DNA of 53,761 nucleotides, counting the filler, from Sluysia triapertura (Eukaryota): NCBI GenBank assembly GCA_046118255.1. It is 4 parts of 4 records of this genome, joined end to end, with 100 filler letters (N's around TTAATTAATTAA, not from the genome) between each part and the next. Parts side by side here need not be neighbours in the genome. Positions count along the whole stretch, not along the records: positions 1 to 15,402 come from JBJNIA010229344.1; positions 15,503 to 29,457 come from JBJNIA010013090.1; 2 more parts are not named here. The stretch is one strand, 5' to 3'. Positions 11,935 to 22,944 of the stretch are shown one piece after another. The notes below the pieces were generated by a model that was not told the origin of the DNA, did not search any database, and saw only the letters and a program-made list of their open reading frames with translations. Position numbers and translations under genes: made by a program. Position 1 is the first letter of the stretch, and each line of letters begins with the position of its first letter.

Positions 11935-14900
11935 CTTTTCAAACTTATAATAACGTCTACAAACCTATAAGTAAGAAATTCGAAATGTCTTTCTGTAACA
12001 TGATTTTAACAATTAAACATTAATATTAAAGAAAAAGTAGTACTTATCAGAGAAAATAACAATTTTAGTCATTATTTTATCAGTAAATGAAACTGTAATG
12101 GTTCTATTATTTATTTTAGTGTTGTGGGTGCAATATATTATATCAGAATTGAAGAAGAACGAAGACGAAGTGCTGCGCTTATTGAATCATGTAAGAATTA
12201 TTTGTAATGTTATTGAGTTATCGTTTAATTAAACTTTATTAAATCAATATGTCACATGCATAGATAAATACTATTTCAGTGTACCATAATAGAGCAGTCC
12301 TGAAGGGCATTTACATATCGTTAATTATCGGATTTTTTAAAACAAAACGATGAACAACTCTTTGATATAATATTGGATACTAATATTGTTTTTACGAACA
12401 ATCTATTCCCATTAACTGCTTTAAAACTTTGTCACTTTAATGAAAATTGAGAAAACAAGTAAAGTATTCATTGATGATATTTAATTCAAACAAAAATCAA
12501 CAAAATTTAAATCTGTCACGCGAGCTACGCAAAATTATTGATCCGATTTTAAATATTTATCAGTTACTTTCATGTTCACTGAATTTACGACTAATAAATT
12601 TACGATATTGTACGAATCTTACTTCGAATGCAGTCCTTGTTCTATCGGTAATGGCCGTAAGGCGTTAACTATGATAAATTTTGTTATATTTGAAGTAAAA
12701 TGGATTAATGTATTATGAAAGTGTAGGACTTAAGGTACAAAAAATATGCACTTTATTAAAGATTGACTAATTAAATAAAAACCACGATGGTGATTGTAAA
12801 AACCAAATAAATAATTAAAATCGAAGTATATTGAGCGTACACCACAAGTATTGATATACAAACCTTGATATGTAAACCTTCTAAATCTCCGGTAGAACGA
12901 TTAGGCTCGGCATTTGAATAGGAAATTTTAGTATGTTATGATTTAAAAAATCGATTTCGAGTCAAAATATTTTGATTAAATACTTTATTATTTCCATTTA
13001 GATTAGAAATAATGTATACTGGGAATACCAGAATGTACTGATTCGACAGAATTGTTCCAATTATTGTTATATCACAATTAGTTAGTTTCTTTTTCATTTT
13101 GTAAAATGATTGGCGGAAAAATATATTCATTAAAAATACTATTACGAATCATGGGATATTTTCTACTTGAGTGATCCTCATATTTTTATATAGTATTAAT
13201 TTACAGAGTTTCCATATAATTTAATCTCCTGTCACATAACTAAATTATATGCTTACATATTATTCAATAAAATAATAAACTCCAAAATAAGCGAACATTA
13301 ATACTTTTTAATGAAATTTAAAATTGCAATAAAAGCGCGCATATGCCTATAATATGAGTTACAACCTTCTCTCCTGATATCCAAATTTGATGGCATTTTT
13401 TTCAATTTTAATTTGACAATTTCGGGATTTCGAAAGTACTTCTTCAATTGGATTAAGTTGCGCAGAATACGGTGGAATAAATTTTATTTCATGATTATTC
13501 TTGACACATATTAGATACAAGATGTGATTTATGTATAGGTGTATTATCAATAATGATTATCGTATATGATAAATTATTTTCCTCCAGATTAATATAATGC
13601 TTAACTTATTTGACAAAAGGATTAAATTATACGAAAAATATATGTATAAAATTGTAAGTCTATTTAAAAAATTATATTTTTCGAATCTTCTGAAATCTAA
13701 ATAATCTGTTCGATAATCTTGAAAAAATCTTAAATCCTTTTGAAAACAAACTCGAATCTCGCGGTAACCCAATAAAGTACAACAATATATTGATTTCTCA
13801 AACTTAATAAATATTTCAATGCTTTTTGGAATCGATTTGAAATATTTGAAATATTAAATTTCTACAACTCGATATTGTAAACTAGTATTGAAATTTCAAA
13901 ATGATTAAATTAATGAAATATAATACAATTTTAAACTAACTGTGTTACGCATCATTTTAAGTAGTTCATAAGCATGGAAATCAATAATTTCTAAAATATA
14001 ATTTGATATTTATATTTCACTTCAGAAATGATTGAAAAGAAAATCAATTCATTTAAATATTCGTATAAAACAAAAGAATTGGAAGATATGTTAGAACAAG
14101 GTCAATATCAGGAAATATTGGATAATTTGCGTAATAGAATGGGGAAATTTTCTTTGAAACAAGATGATTATGTAATTTTTATTATTAATATCATTATAAG
14201 TATTATTATTATTATTATTAGAGTTACGAAATGCAATCCCATTTTACCAATGTGGAATTTATTGGTATAAGTATTTACAATATATTGATTATTGGATTGG
14301 ATAAAAATGAAACATTTCCTGTTGAAGATTTGAAAAAATATTACAATATTTTATTAATTGGTTTACATGATTGTGGTAATTTGATTGACATACTTTACAA
14401 TGCTGAATCGAGAAATTATCAACAATTAGACGGAAATCAAATACGATTATTGAATATGTATTTTATAGTGTGCCATCAATTATTTCAAGCATTTTATTGT
14501 TGGAGGGAAATTATAGAAAAACAGAATTTTAACTTTCTTGATATTGTTGATAAAGAATCAATCTGTACATTTGTTTCATTGACATCTTAATTCTTTTATT
14601 ATTTTATTATTATTTTATTATTTTTATTATTATTTTATTTTACTATTATTATTACATTATTTTAAATCGTAATTAAAACTTGTTTTAATTACAAAAGATT
14701 TTAAAAAAATTTTTCAAAAATTTTAAAAAATTAATTTTAAAAGTTGTAAAGGCATAAAGAACGATATCAATAAAGATAATGTAGTTAGAAGATAGAGTTG
14801 ATAAATATGCGGCAGATGATGATAATTATGTTACATGCTGTTTCTGTTCCAAGTTGTCGCAAATAAATCAAGTGGATGAGCATTGTTTGGAATGTCAAGA

Positions 14901-15402
14901 ACAACACGAAGATAATACGATTAAAGTAGACTTATCATGCTCTACAGACAACGATGTCATCCAAAGAATAAATGCAAGCTATTGGAAGCAATCACCAAAA
15001 TTGAATGATGCTCTGGAATATCCAGAATTCATATTTTGTACTTTTCCTGGCTCTCAGTTAAGAAAACTTTATCCACTTCAAAAAAAGAAAGGTTTGCGGT
15101 TTATTATTAAGTTAATACTTTTAAGAGTCGATCATAAATGCTATCAAGCCGCTGTTGAACCGGTAGATCAAGGCCTGCACGAAGTAGATGCACGATACAC
15201 GAAAACATGTAAAAAGATCACTGTCAATTGTTTGTTTTTTGCTGTTAAATTAATTCGTAAACAATTATATAATGTTAAAAGAGATATAATGGTGTCACTT
15301 GAGTGCATTAAATCTCTATTAATATCTGATCAATGTTTATATTGTTTTATGTTATTAAATAAACCAAGTGATCGAGGTCAGAGTAAAGAATTATGTACTG
15401 TT
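11935..15402 (+). CDS. Uncharacterised multi-exon gene(s), partial. Candidate exons 11935-11970, 12120-12190, 12264-~12430, 14026-14171, 14222-~14572, 14785-15091, ~15128->15402
   Basis: Open frames bounded by AG/GT that splice in phase: 11970/12120 phase 1, 12190/12264 phase 0 (73-nt intron), 14171/14222 phase 0 (50-nt intron). No recognisable domain. Links between the exon groups are not established. Confidence 0.45.
13400..13510 (-). mobile_element. IS630/Tc1-superfamily transposase remnant
   Basis: HEIKFIPPYSAQLNPIEEVLSK matches the DDE third-residue motif (F)LPPYSP.LNPIE. Confidence 0.7.
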
Positions 15403-15502
15403 NNNNNNNNNNNNNNNNNNNNNNNNNNNNNNNNNNNNNNNNNNNNTTAATTAATTAANNNNNNNNNNNNNNNNNNNNNNNNNNNNNNNNNNNNNNNNNN
15501 NN
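15403..15502. other. Artificial contig linker
   Basis: 44 N + TTAATTAATTAA (stops in all six frames) + 44 N, exactly 100 bp. Confidence 0.97.
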
Positions 15503-16117
15503 TTTTAAAATTACAAAAATATAAAAATTTAAAAAATATAAAATATAAGAAACATAAATTTTGTACACCTTTACATTTATAATAAAAATAATTTTATGTT
15601 AAACAATTCAACCTTGGTTGATTGTAATGAAAATTTATGATGAAATTTCGCAACTCTTTTTAAGATGTTGCATGAAATGAAAATTATTTTACGTATGATT
15701 TTATAATTCCCTAAATTGGTGAATCGATCTTAATAAAATAAAATTACTTGTTCATGAATAAAAAACAATTTTTCTGAAAATCAGTATGTTACAAAATTCT
15801 CTGTGGAAGTTGCCTAAACTGTAAAAATTTTTTGTTCTAGCATTTTAGAAATTTGCTAACCTATTTCAAAATTTGTAGTCATCCATATTGTTTTTTAACC
15901 ATTTAACAAAATAATTGTTTAAAAGAAATTAAATTTTTATTTTTCAAATTCTTTCTTTCAAAAATTTTTTTATTTATTTAATTAAATATTATTTTTCAAA
16001 GTTTATTTAAATTTCTTGCTTTTTTAATTTATTAATTTTTTTCTTATAATTTTATAAATTTAATTTACTTACTTAATTATAATAAAGATAATATTTATAC
16101 AAAATTAAAATTAATAT

Positions 16118-17531
16118 CTATAAAATAGAATATTGTAACACAATAAAATATAAAAGAATAATTTTGACACTTATATATTCGCCGGGTATGAAACAATCTT
16201 GGCTATTTTGGATATATTTATAAGTTTCTAGGCTTATTCTTCGTTGGATTTTATTATCAAATCGAATAAATTGAATAATCTCATATAAATCTTTTCTGCT
16301 CATAGTTTTGCGAAGAATAAAGGCCCCCATTTCTTGCTCCGCAGTTCTTTGCTTGGTATGAACTAGGTGCATAGAGAATACCAATAAATGCATGCAAATT
16401 TTCCAAAGACAATTTCCGGATGCTTCTGCTTCGGTTTATTTTATTATTTTTGCACAAACTGTCATCAATAATAAATAAAAATGCACTTTTACTTACTCTT
16501 TTTATAACATTTCTTCTGGAATAACCTGTCAAGCCCATTTCCATGCAAAAAATATTATGAATGGCAGGGCGTCCAGGTTTCGAACCACTGTCGATTTCTT
16601 GCCAAATTGTCCCATCTGCTCCTAACCAGTTCCTCGATATCATCTTCATTTTCTGAATTCGAATGGATTACTTGCATTTCTCGTTTTTTACGTATTTTCA
16701 AAATATTCTCATCCTCACTATAATTATCGGTTGCCTCGAATTCCTCTGCGTTGTCTAATGAATTATCCACGCTTTCTGATAGTTCTGAATCACTACCTTC
16801 TGAACTCTCTTCATTTATGTTCGTAATCTTTTCTAGTAACTTGATATGCTTATAATGTTGGATATTTTAGGGATGAAAGCAAGTAAACAATAATTGAAAA
16901 TTTTGTATCCAGATGAATAATGCTGAGTTCAAGAATAAACTTCAAATGATGAATGATCCAGGGCGAGTCTGCTTATATACTCTACCGATGACGCAATATA
17001 GCAAATAAATTACACGATAGAAATACAATATTACCAATAAAGAAAATAAATGTTACATCAGAGCAATTATAGGTCCTAATAAAAATGAGGTAATGCAACA
17101 AAAAAGAAGCACTTGAAAATGTAATATTCAGTAGTAGTCAAGCATAAAAAGGTCGTAAAAACATGACATCATAGACTTTGTTATTGCGTAGGCACATGAA
17201 TTGGTGTTATATTTCTTCATGTACATATAATAACATTATTTTATTAACATTTTTTACATTTATAAACATTATAAGTACTAATGTTACATAAAAACATAAT
17301 GAAAACCTATGTTTGCATAGAATTTAAATCAGGATCAATTGACCCATTACGGTAGTTTATGTAAGGTTGCATTATTTTTCTTGAAAAAAAAGCAAAAGTA
17401 AAAAAACGTTATATGAAAAAGGAATTAATATCTTAAGAAGTCATTGAAAAAAAATATAATTGGTGATTTAGTAAACAAATCATATAATAACCCTTAACTG
17501 GGTCAATTGACCCGGCAAGGTGTGTTTAGTA
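16118..17531 (-). mobile_element. Decayed piggyBac (PGBD-like) element, 5' end and transposase N-terminal half
   Basis: Frameshifted ORFs give an acidic N-terminus, GADGTIWQE...GRPAIHNIF, AFIGILY, and TMSRKDLYEIIQFIRFDN (cf. piggyBac MSRNRF..I...LRFD). Subterminal palindromes GG(A/G)TCAATTGACCC lie at 17332-17345 and 17500-17513, with TTAA at 17532-17535. Confidence 0.8.
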
Positions 17532-17602
17532 TTAAAGTAATTTTATTAAAGAAATTAAATGAAGTGAAATGTAATATTGTTTAAATATTTCTAATTGTAA
17601 TT

Positions 17603-19162
17603 ATGCTTAGTGTTTTAAATAAGATTAATAATGACGGAACAAAAGTTGCTATAATTTTTATGCCAAATGACTATGATCAATATTATCAACTTTTCGGAAA
17701 AGTAAAATTTCAGTTAATATCTGGATCAATTAAAATAAATGAAATATTCTTCAAAGCCCCATTTCAAATTAATCTATATTCAGTTCCTTTCTGTATTAGC
17801 AGTTTTCATAATGCTTATAATTATTTTACATTGAAAAAGTTAAAGAGTGAAATAAATAATGGAGTTATATTAAAATGGATAAAGGAAGCAATTTCTACAT
17901 TAGATATTGATGAAAATAAAGAATATACTCTATTTTCTTTAGAGACATTTGATAATGCAAATATCGATGAGATTTTAAGATACAAGGAATATGAAAAACT
18001 GTCCTTAAATTTATTTGATCTAAAAAGTTCTTACGTGCCATCATATATAGTTACTGATGAAATGAAAAGCAGCATAAATTTAGTTGATTATTCAAAGTCA
18101 AATAAAATCCTCATTGCTGGTCCAAAAAATGCAGGTAAATCCAGTTTTATGCGATACATTGCTAGTTTAATGCTAAATGAAACTTCTAATGAAATTTATA
18201 TACTTGACTTGGATCCAGGTCAAACTGAATTCGGTTTAAATGGAACTATTTCATTACTAAAGGTTTTAAAACCTTTAATTGGGCCACCATTTTCAAATAA
18301 ATTGAATGACTGTTTTGAAGTGATTGATCAATATTTTTTGGGATATCTAAGTCCGGAAAATGATGTTTTACATTATTTTAGGTCTTTGGAAGTTTTGTTG
18401 ATAAGATATAACAAAATTTCAAAGAATTCTCTTTGCCATTTAATAATAAATACTATGGGTTGGACAATTGGTGAAGGTTTGAATATAATGATGTTTACAA
18501 TCAACATAATTAGTCCAACCATCGTTTTTCAAATTAGAAGTGGTAGATCAGATAAAGATTTTCCCATTTTAAACGATTGTGATGTGGTGGCTTTTAAACC
18601 AAATTCAATATTAATGAGTAAATTAAATAGAAAATTGAATTATGCTTTAAAAGTGATTGAGTCACCAGTTGATAAAAGTAAACATTCTGTTGGTAATTTA
18701 AAACCTTATTTAACTCGAGATTTATTAACCCTAGTTGAATTATATTCTCCTAATTGCTGTGAAGTTCGAACAAAGTTTCTGTTTACAAAGCCCGAAATTT
18801 TTCCTGATTTATCAGTAACAGGTGGTATCCCTTATGTATTTATTAAAGATCTTTACAAAAATACGTCATTACCAGAGTTTCTAAATGATGTTATGAAGAA
18901 ATATGAACAGAAGATAGTGGCTATATGTAAAGAAAAGGATTATATTAATGATTCATCAGTTTATCAGTTAAAATTACGTAAATTTCGTGGATGGGATGTA
19001 CCAATTTGTAAATGCTATGGGTTTGGTTTTATAAAAGAATTTGATCTAAAAAATTCTGAAGAATTTATTTTGAAGACATCAGTCCCGATTAGTGTAATTC
19101 ATAGATCGACTTTGGAATTTGGATCTACAATTTTTCCACCAGAATGCTATATGGTAAGTTAA
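17603..19162 (+). CDS. NOL9: Polynucleotide 5'-hydroxyl kinase NOL9/Grc3 (Clp1 family)
   Basis: 519-aa ORF with Walker A GPKNAGKSS, LDLDPGQTEF, LIGPPFS and IINTMGW, typical of NOL9/Grc3. A GTAAGT donor at 19154 suggests a further short 3' exon. The true start may differ. Confidence 0.9.
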   Translation: MLSVLNKINNDGTKVAIIFMPNDYDQYYQLFGKVKFQLISGSIKINEIFFKAPFQINLYSVPFCISSFHNAYNYFTLKKLKSEINNGVILKWIKEAISTLDIDENKEYTLFSLETFDNANIDEILRYKEYEKLSLNLFDLKSSYVPSYIVTDEMKSSINLVDYSKSNKILIAGPKNAGKSSFMRYIASLMLNETSNEIYILDLDPGQTEFGLNGTISLLKVLKPLIGPPFSNKLNDCFEVIDQYFLGYLSPENDVLHYFRSLEVLLIRYNKISKNSLCHLIINTMGWTIGEGLNIMMFTINIISPTIVFQIRSGRSDKDFPILNDCDVVAFKPNSILMSKLNRKLNYALKVIESPVDKSKHSVGNLKPYLTRDLLTLVELYSPNCCEVRTKFLFTKPEIFPDLSVTGGIPYVFIKDLYKNTSLPEFLNDVMKKYEQKIVAICKEKDYINDSSVYQLKLRKFRGWDVPICKCYGFGFIKEFDLKNSEEFILKTSVPISVIHRSTLEFGSTIFPPECYMVS

Positions 19163-20518
19163 ATCAATTTAATTAAAAAGAAAACTTAAAGTTAAAATTA
19201 TAATTTTGTTTCTTCGCGGCGTTAAGGGAATTAACAGTTGAATTTCTTGATTTATTCAAGTGTTAGATATTAAAACTTACATTAACTTTACAAATGTATT
19301 TAAATTTGTAATATTTTATCAACAAATTGAGTGTTATTTTAAGGCAATTTACATTTACGTGTTAAGTAGTTTTAAATCACAATTCAAACATTCCATTCAA
19401 TCAGTTAAAATCACTCAGAAATTACGTATGTCCACATTTCATAAATGTATAAGTTTTAATATTTATTAATCTAAGTAATTAATTTTGCGATAATTTTCCA
19501 ATTTTATTCTTTATCATTTATTTTACGTACAGTGTAAATTTTTAGTCTAACTTTTTACATAATCAGTAATAATAGCAAGTAATTTTGTGGTTAGTTTGTA
19601 GTGTGATCTTCGCTGGCATTAGTAATTCGAAGTGTTTTACTGCCAATTGGTAACCAGAAATTCTCGATCGAATATTGCGTTTGTGCCCCTAGTTTGAGAA
19701 TAAAACTGTTAGTGTTACTTAAGTTTTGTGCAAGCATGGCTCCAATATTGATGTTCGTACCGAGCTGTTCTTGCAATTTAAGGTACCATTTTTCTATCTA
19801 GAAATTTTTGTTCTGCTTGTACTCTGATTTTTATGGAATAGTTGTGATTGAATTTATGAAATGTCTGAATATAACTGTAATGGATTCTTACACGTTTATA
19901 CAACATAAATTAAAATATTTGATTTGCCTACTTGGTTCTTGACGCTTAATACGTTGTTTGTTTCAGTATCATTGTTTCGTTAGTACAATCCCATAAATTA
20001 GGATGGCTTCTTTGACAATGTTTCATATTACTGTTTCAGTATTTATTAAGAATTTCTAGACATTCTTTGAATTTACATGTTATTCGATTCAACCACAATG
20101 ACTGACAACACAATTGGTTTTTTATAAAGCCTAGAAAATAACCTCATGCGGTTATGACTTAAGACTTTACGATGGGCACTCTTATTGGATTTTATTAATA
20201 ATTCTACAACAAATTACTTAACATGAAGGTCCTATATGTAAAGACTAATAAAACAAAATTCAATAATAGCGTGCTTTATTTCAAATTACGCTAAACAACC
20301 AAAAAATGGAATGACAAAAAGTATATTTAACTAAATTAAAATATTAATATTTAATACATCGATTATGAAATATTGAATATTTCAAATATAAAGTTACCAA
20401 TTTTATATTTATTGCTGTTTATTAATATTCTTTCTTCATCAGGATTGGTATGATCATGAATATTCAGCAACGCTACTAACTGAGCAGTCCGGGCGAAAAT
20501 TTTTCCTTTTTCATCATA

Positions 20519-22944
20519 CACTCAAGCCTGTTTTTGTGCGGTGGATAGGGACCGCATAAAAAAATCACATAAAACTTCACGAGTACTTATAAAAAATAGT
20601 TTTCGAAATTATTTAAAAAATTTTTTATTCGATGATAGGGACCGCATAAAAAAATCCCACTTATAAAATAACTCATAACCTTAACTAGCAATTGCTTTTT
20701 TAAACGAAATCAAGACACGAGGCTTGGCAGCTACTTCGAATCTCGCAAAACCTTTTGGAGCTAGATTTGGAAAAAAACATGAGAACATTGTTAAATATTT
20801 TATTTACATATGTATTTATTTTAGACATACAAAACTTTTCAAAATGTATAACAACTATCCTTCGTAGTCTGACAATACGCGGTAAACTGGTTCAAAGTCA
20901 CTTTTGTCACTTGATACTTCCTCGCACTGGTTTTCACTTGACCTTTTTTGAGTAACCATGTAGTCGGTGATGAGTTTTTGCGATGACTATTGTTTGACTA
21001 GATGCTTGTACATGTCTCGGTAGCCAGATATACAAGATTGAAGTTCTTTCAGAATTTGAATCGATTTCAAGAAAATGACATTCCAATTCATGGCAAAGTT
21101 GGAGTCCTTTATAAATGTTATCTGCTGTCATATGATCGGGTTCTTCCTGTCCATCATCAACATCTGTAAGGAATTTAAAATGTCCTCTTCCCTTACGGCT
21201 CCATCCTGAATCATTTCGATGAGATGGTCTTCACTAAAAGTATCAAATCCATCTCCGCCAATGCCATGTGTTAGTGTTACGATTTCTGTTGTCAAAATTG
21301 ATGACAACATTTTTATTAATGACACATTTCGACCAGGCTGCTTTCCAGCATGCATTTAATGCATGTTTTATTTCATTGATTGCTGCAGCAGCGTGATTTA
21401 TGCAGTCCAATGTCGAAGACTTTTTCCAAACTTCAGTCAAAGTTTTTGCATCATTTTCAAGTTTTTCCAAAATGTATTTGAAAGTTAACTTCACGTAGTG
21501 TTTCTTAAAAGCTGCGATTATGCCCTGGTCTAATGGTTGTATCAAGCTTGTATTGGATGGTAGAATACTACCTTCACATTACGGTGATTTATGCAAAGAT
21601 GACCTGGCGCAATGTCAACGTTAAAAGAAAGCCCCACAACTTCTGGAACAAAGCAATCGTTGAACCATGTAACAAAAACCGCTGTTGTGACCCACGCTTT
21701 TTTATTAGCCATGAAATGGACTGGAAGTTCAGCTACATTTTTGCCCTTTAGCGCACGTGAATGCAATGATCTATTTATGCATTATTACAAAGTAAAAATG
21801 TTACTTTATCTTTTGCAGTTTTCTCGGATTTGACGATGAACGTTCGGTTGGGCATCTTTTTCCAAAAAAACCCAGTTTCGTCAGCATTAAATACTTAATC
21901 CAGGCAATTTCCACCATCTTCAATGATTTTTGCTAACATTTGAATAATTCGTGGCGGCTGTTTCATCAGCGGATGCAGTTTCGCCCTTTATCTTCAGATT
22001 GTGTAGTGCGTGTCGTAAAAATCCACATAAGCAGCCATTGCTTGCCGAAAATTTCGGCCTTCAAATGTGAAATGATGAACAAGAAGGCTTTGAAACTTTC
22101 ATCTTGTTATAAAGTCGCAACTCTTTCTCTTTAATTAATTCTGTCAATGGGGATTCGTCTTTGAGTCAATTCTTGAATCCACAATATAAGTACTTTTCCC
22201 GTTTTCTCTATCAAAGTGTTTCTTGAATATGATGTTCGTTGAGCACTTCCGTTTATTTATCATCTGCTCATTTTTGTATGCCTCTTATAGTGGATTCGCC
22301 TAATCCAAATTCTTTACCTTCTGCTATACGTTTTAAAATTGTTTTCTTAGTTTCTAATGAATTAACCTTCTTCTTGGCTTTGATTTTGCCCTTAATCATT
22401 TTCAAGGATTATATCTAAACATAAAATATAAATCCAAAAAAATATATACGTATCTAAATAGAAAAAATAATAAATTTACGCTTTGAAATCTTAATGCTCC
22501 AGGAATGTGAAAGCACTTTGAAAAACATCACTTAATATTAGTTTTAAAATTAAACAAACGTTATATTCTTTTTTATTAAATCACATTATTTACTAAACTT
22601 GTCACTTGTGCAGATCAGAGATGAATGAAAAAAGCAACTATCTGCTTCCTTCAAGTAAACTTCTACCTACTCTTTAAAACAAAGGATGAGACTAGTCGCC
22701 AACTAGCTCATTAGCAAACAACCAACTAGGCGACATAACGAGACACGCAATCCTTTTCCAGAAAACCCCGACTAACACGATACAAATGTCCTTTAATATT
22801 TATTTTCGATCAATACGTTTTTGCATTACTACCCAAAAATTCATTCGCAATATTGTATTGCACATTGTATTCGTTGACATTGAAATTATTGTCAATTAAA
22901 TTATGAGATCGCACAAAAAAATCGCATAAAAACAAGTTTGAGTG
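20519..22944 (-). mobile_element. Full-length but decayed Tigger/pogo DNA transposon (2426 bp)
   Basis: 22-bp TIRs CACTCAAGCCTGTTTTTGTGCG / CGCATAAAAACAAGTTTGAGTG (19/22), each flanked by TA. Transposase fragments KGETASAD, FNADETG, ANKKAWVT, DIAPGH and IQPLDQGIIAAFKKHY carry multiple frameshifts. The subterminal repeat GATAGGGACCGCATAAAAAAATC occurs twice. Confidence 0.93.

Noticed and set aside
15447-15458. TTAATTAATTAA repeated identically at three places, as a biological motif
   Set aside because: It is always centred in 44+44 N, so it is an assembly linker.
19591-19800. 61-aa minus-strand ORF downstream of NOL9
   Set aside because: No recognisable motif. Possibly a TE fragment, but unsupported.
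21533-22134. Plus-strand ORFs inside the Tigger element
   Set aside because: Antisense to the transposase fragments.
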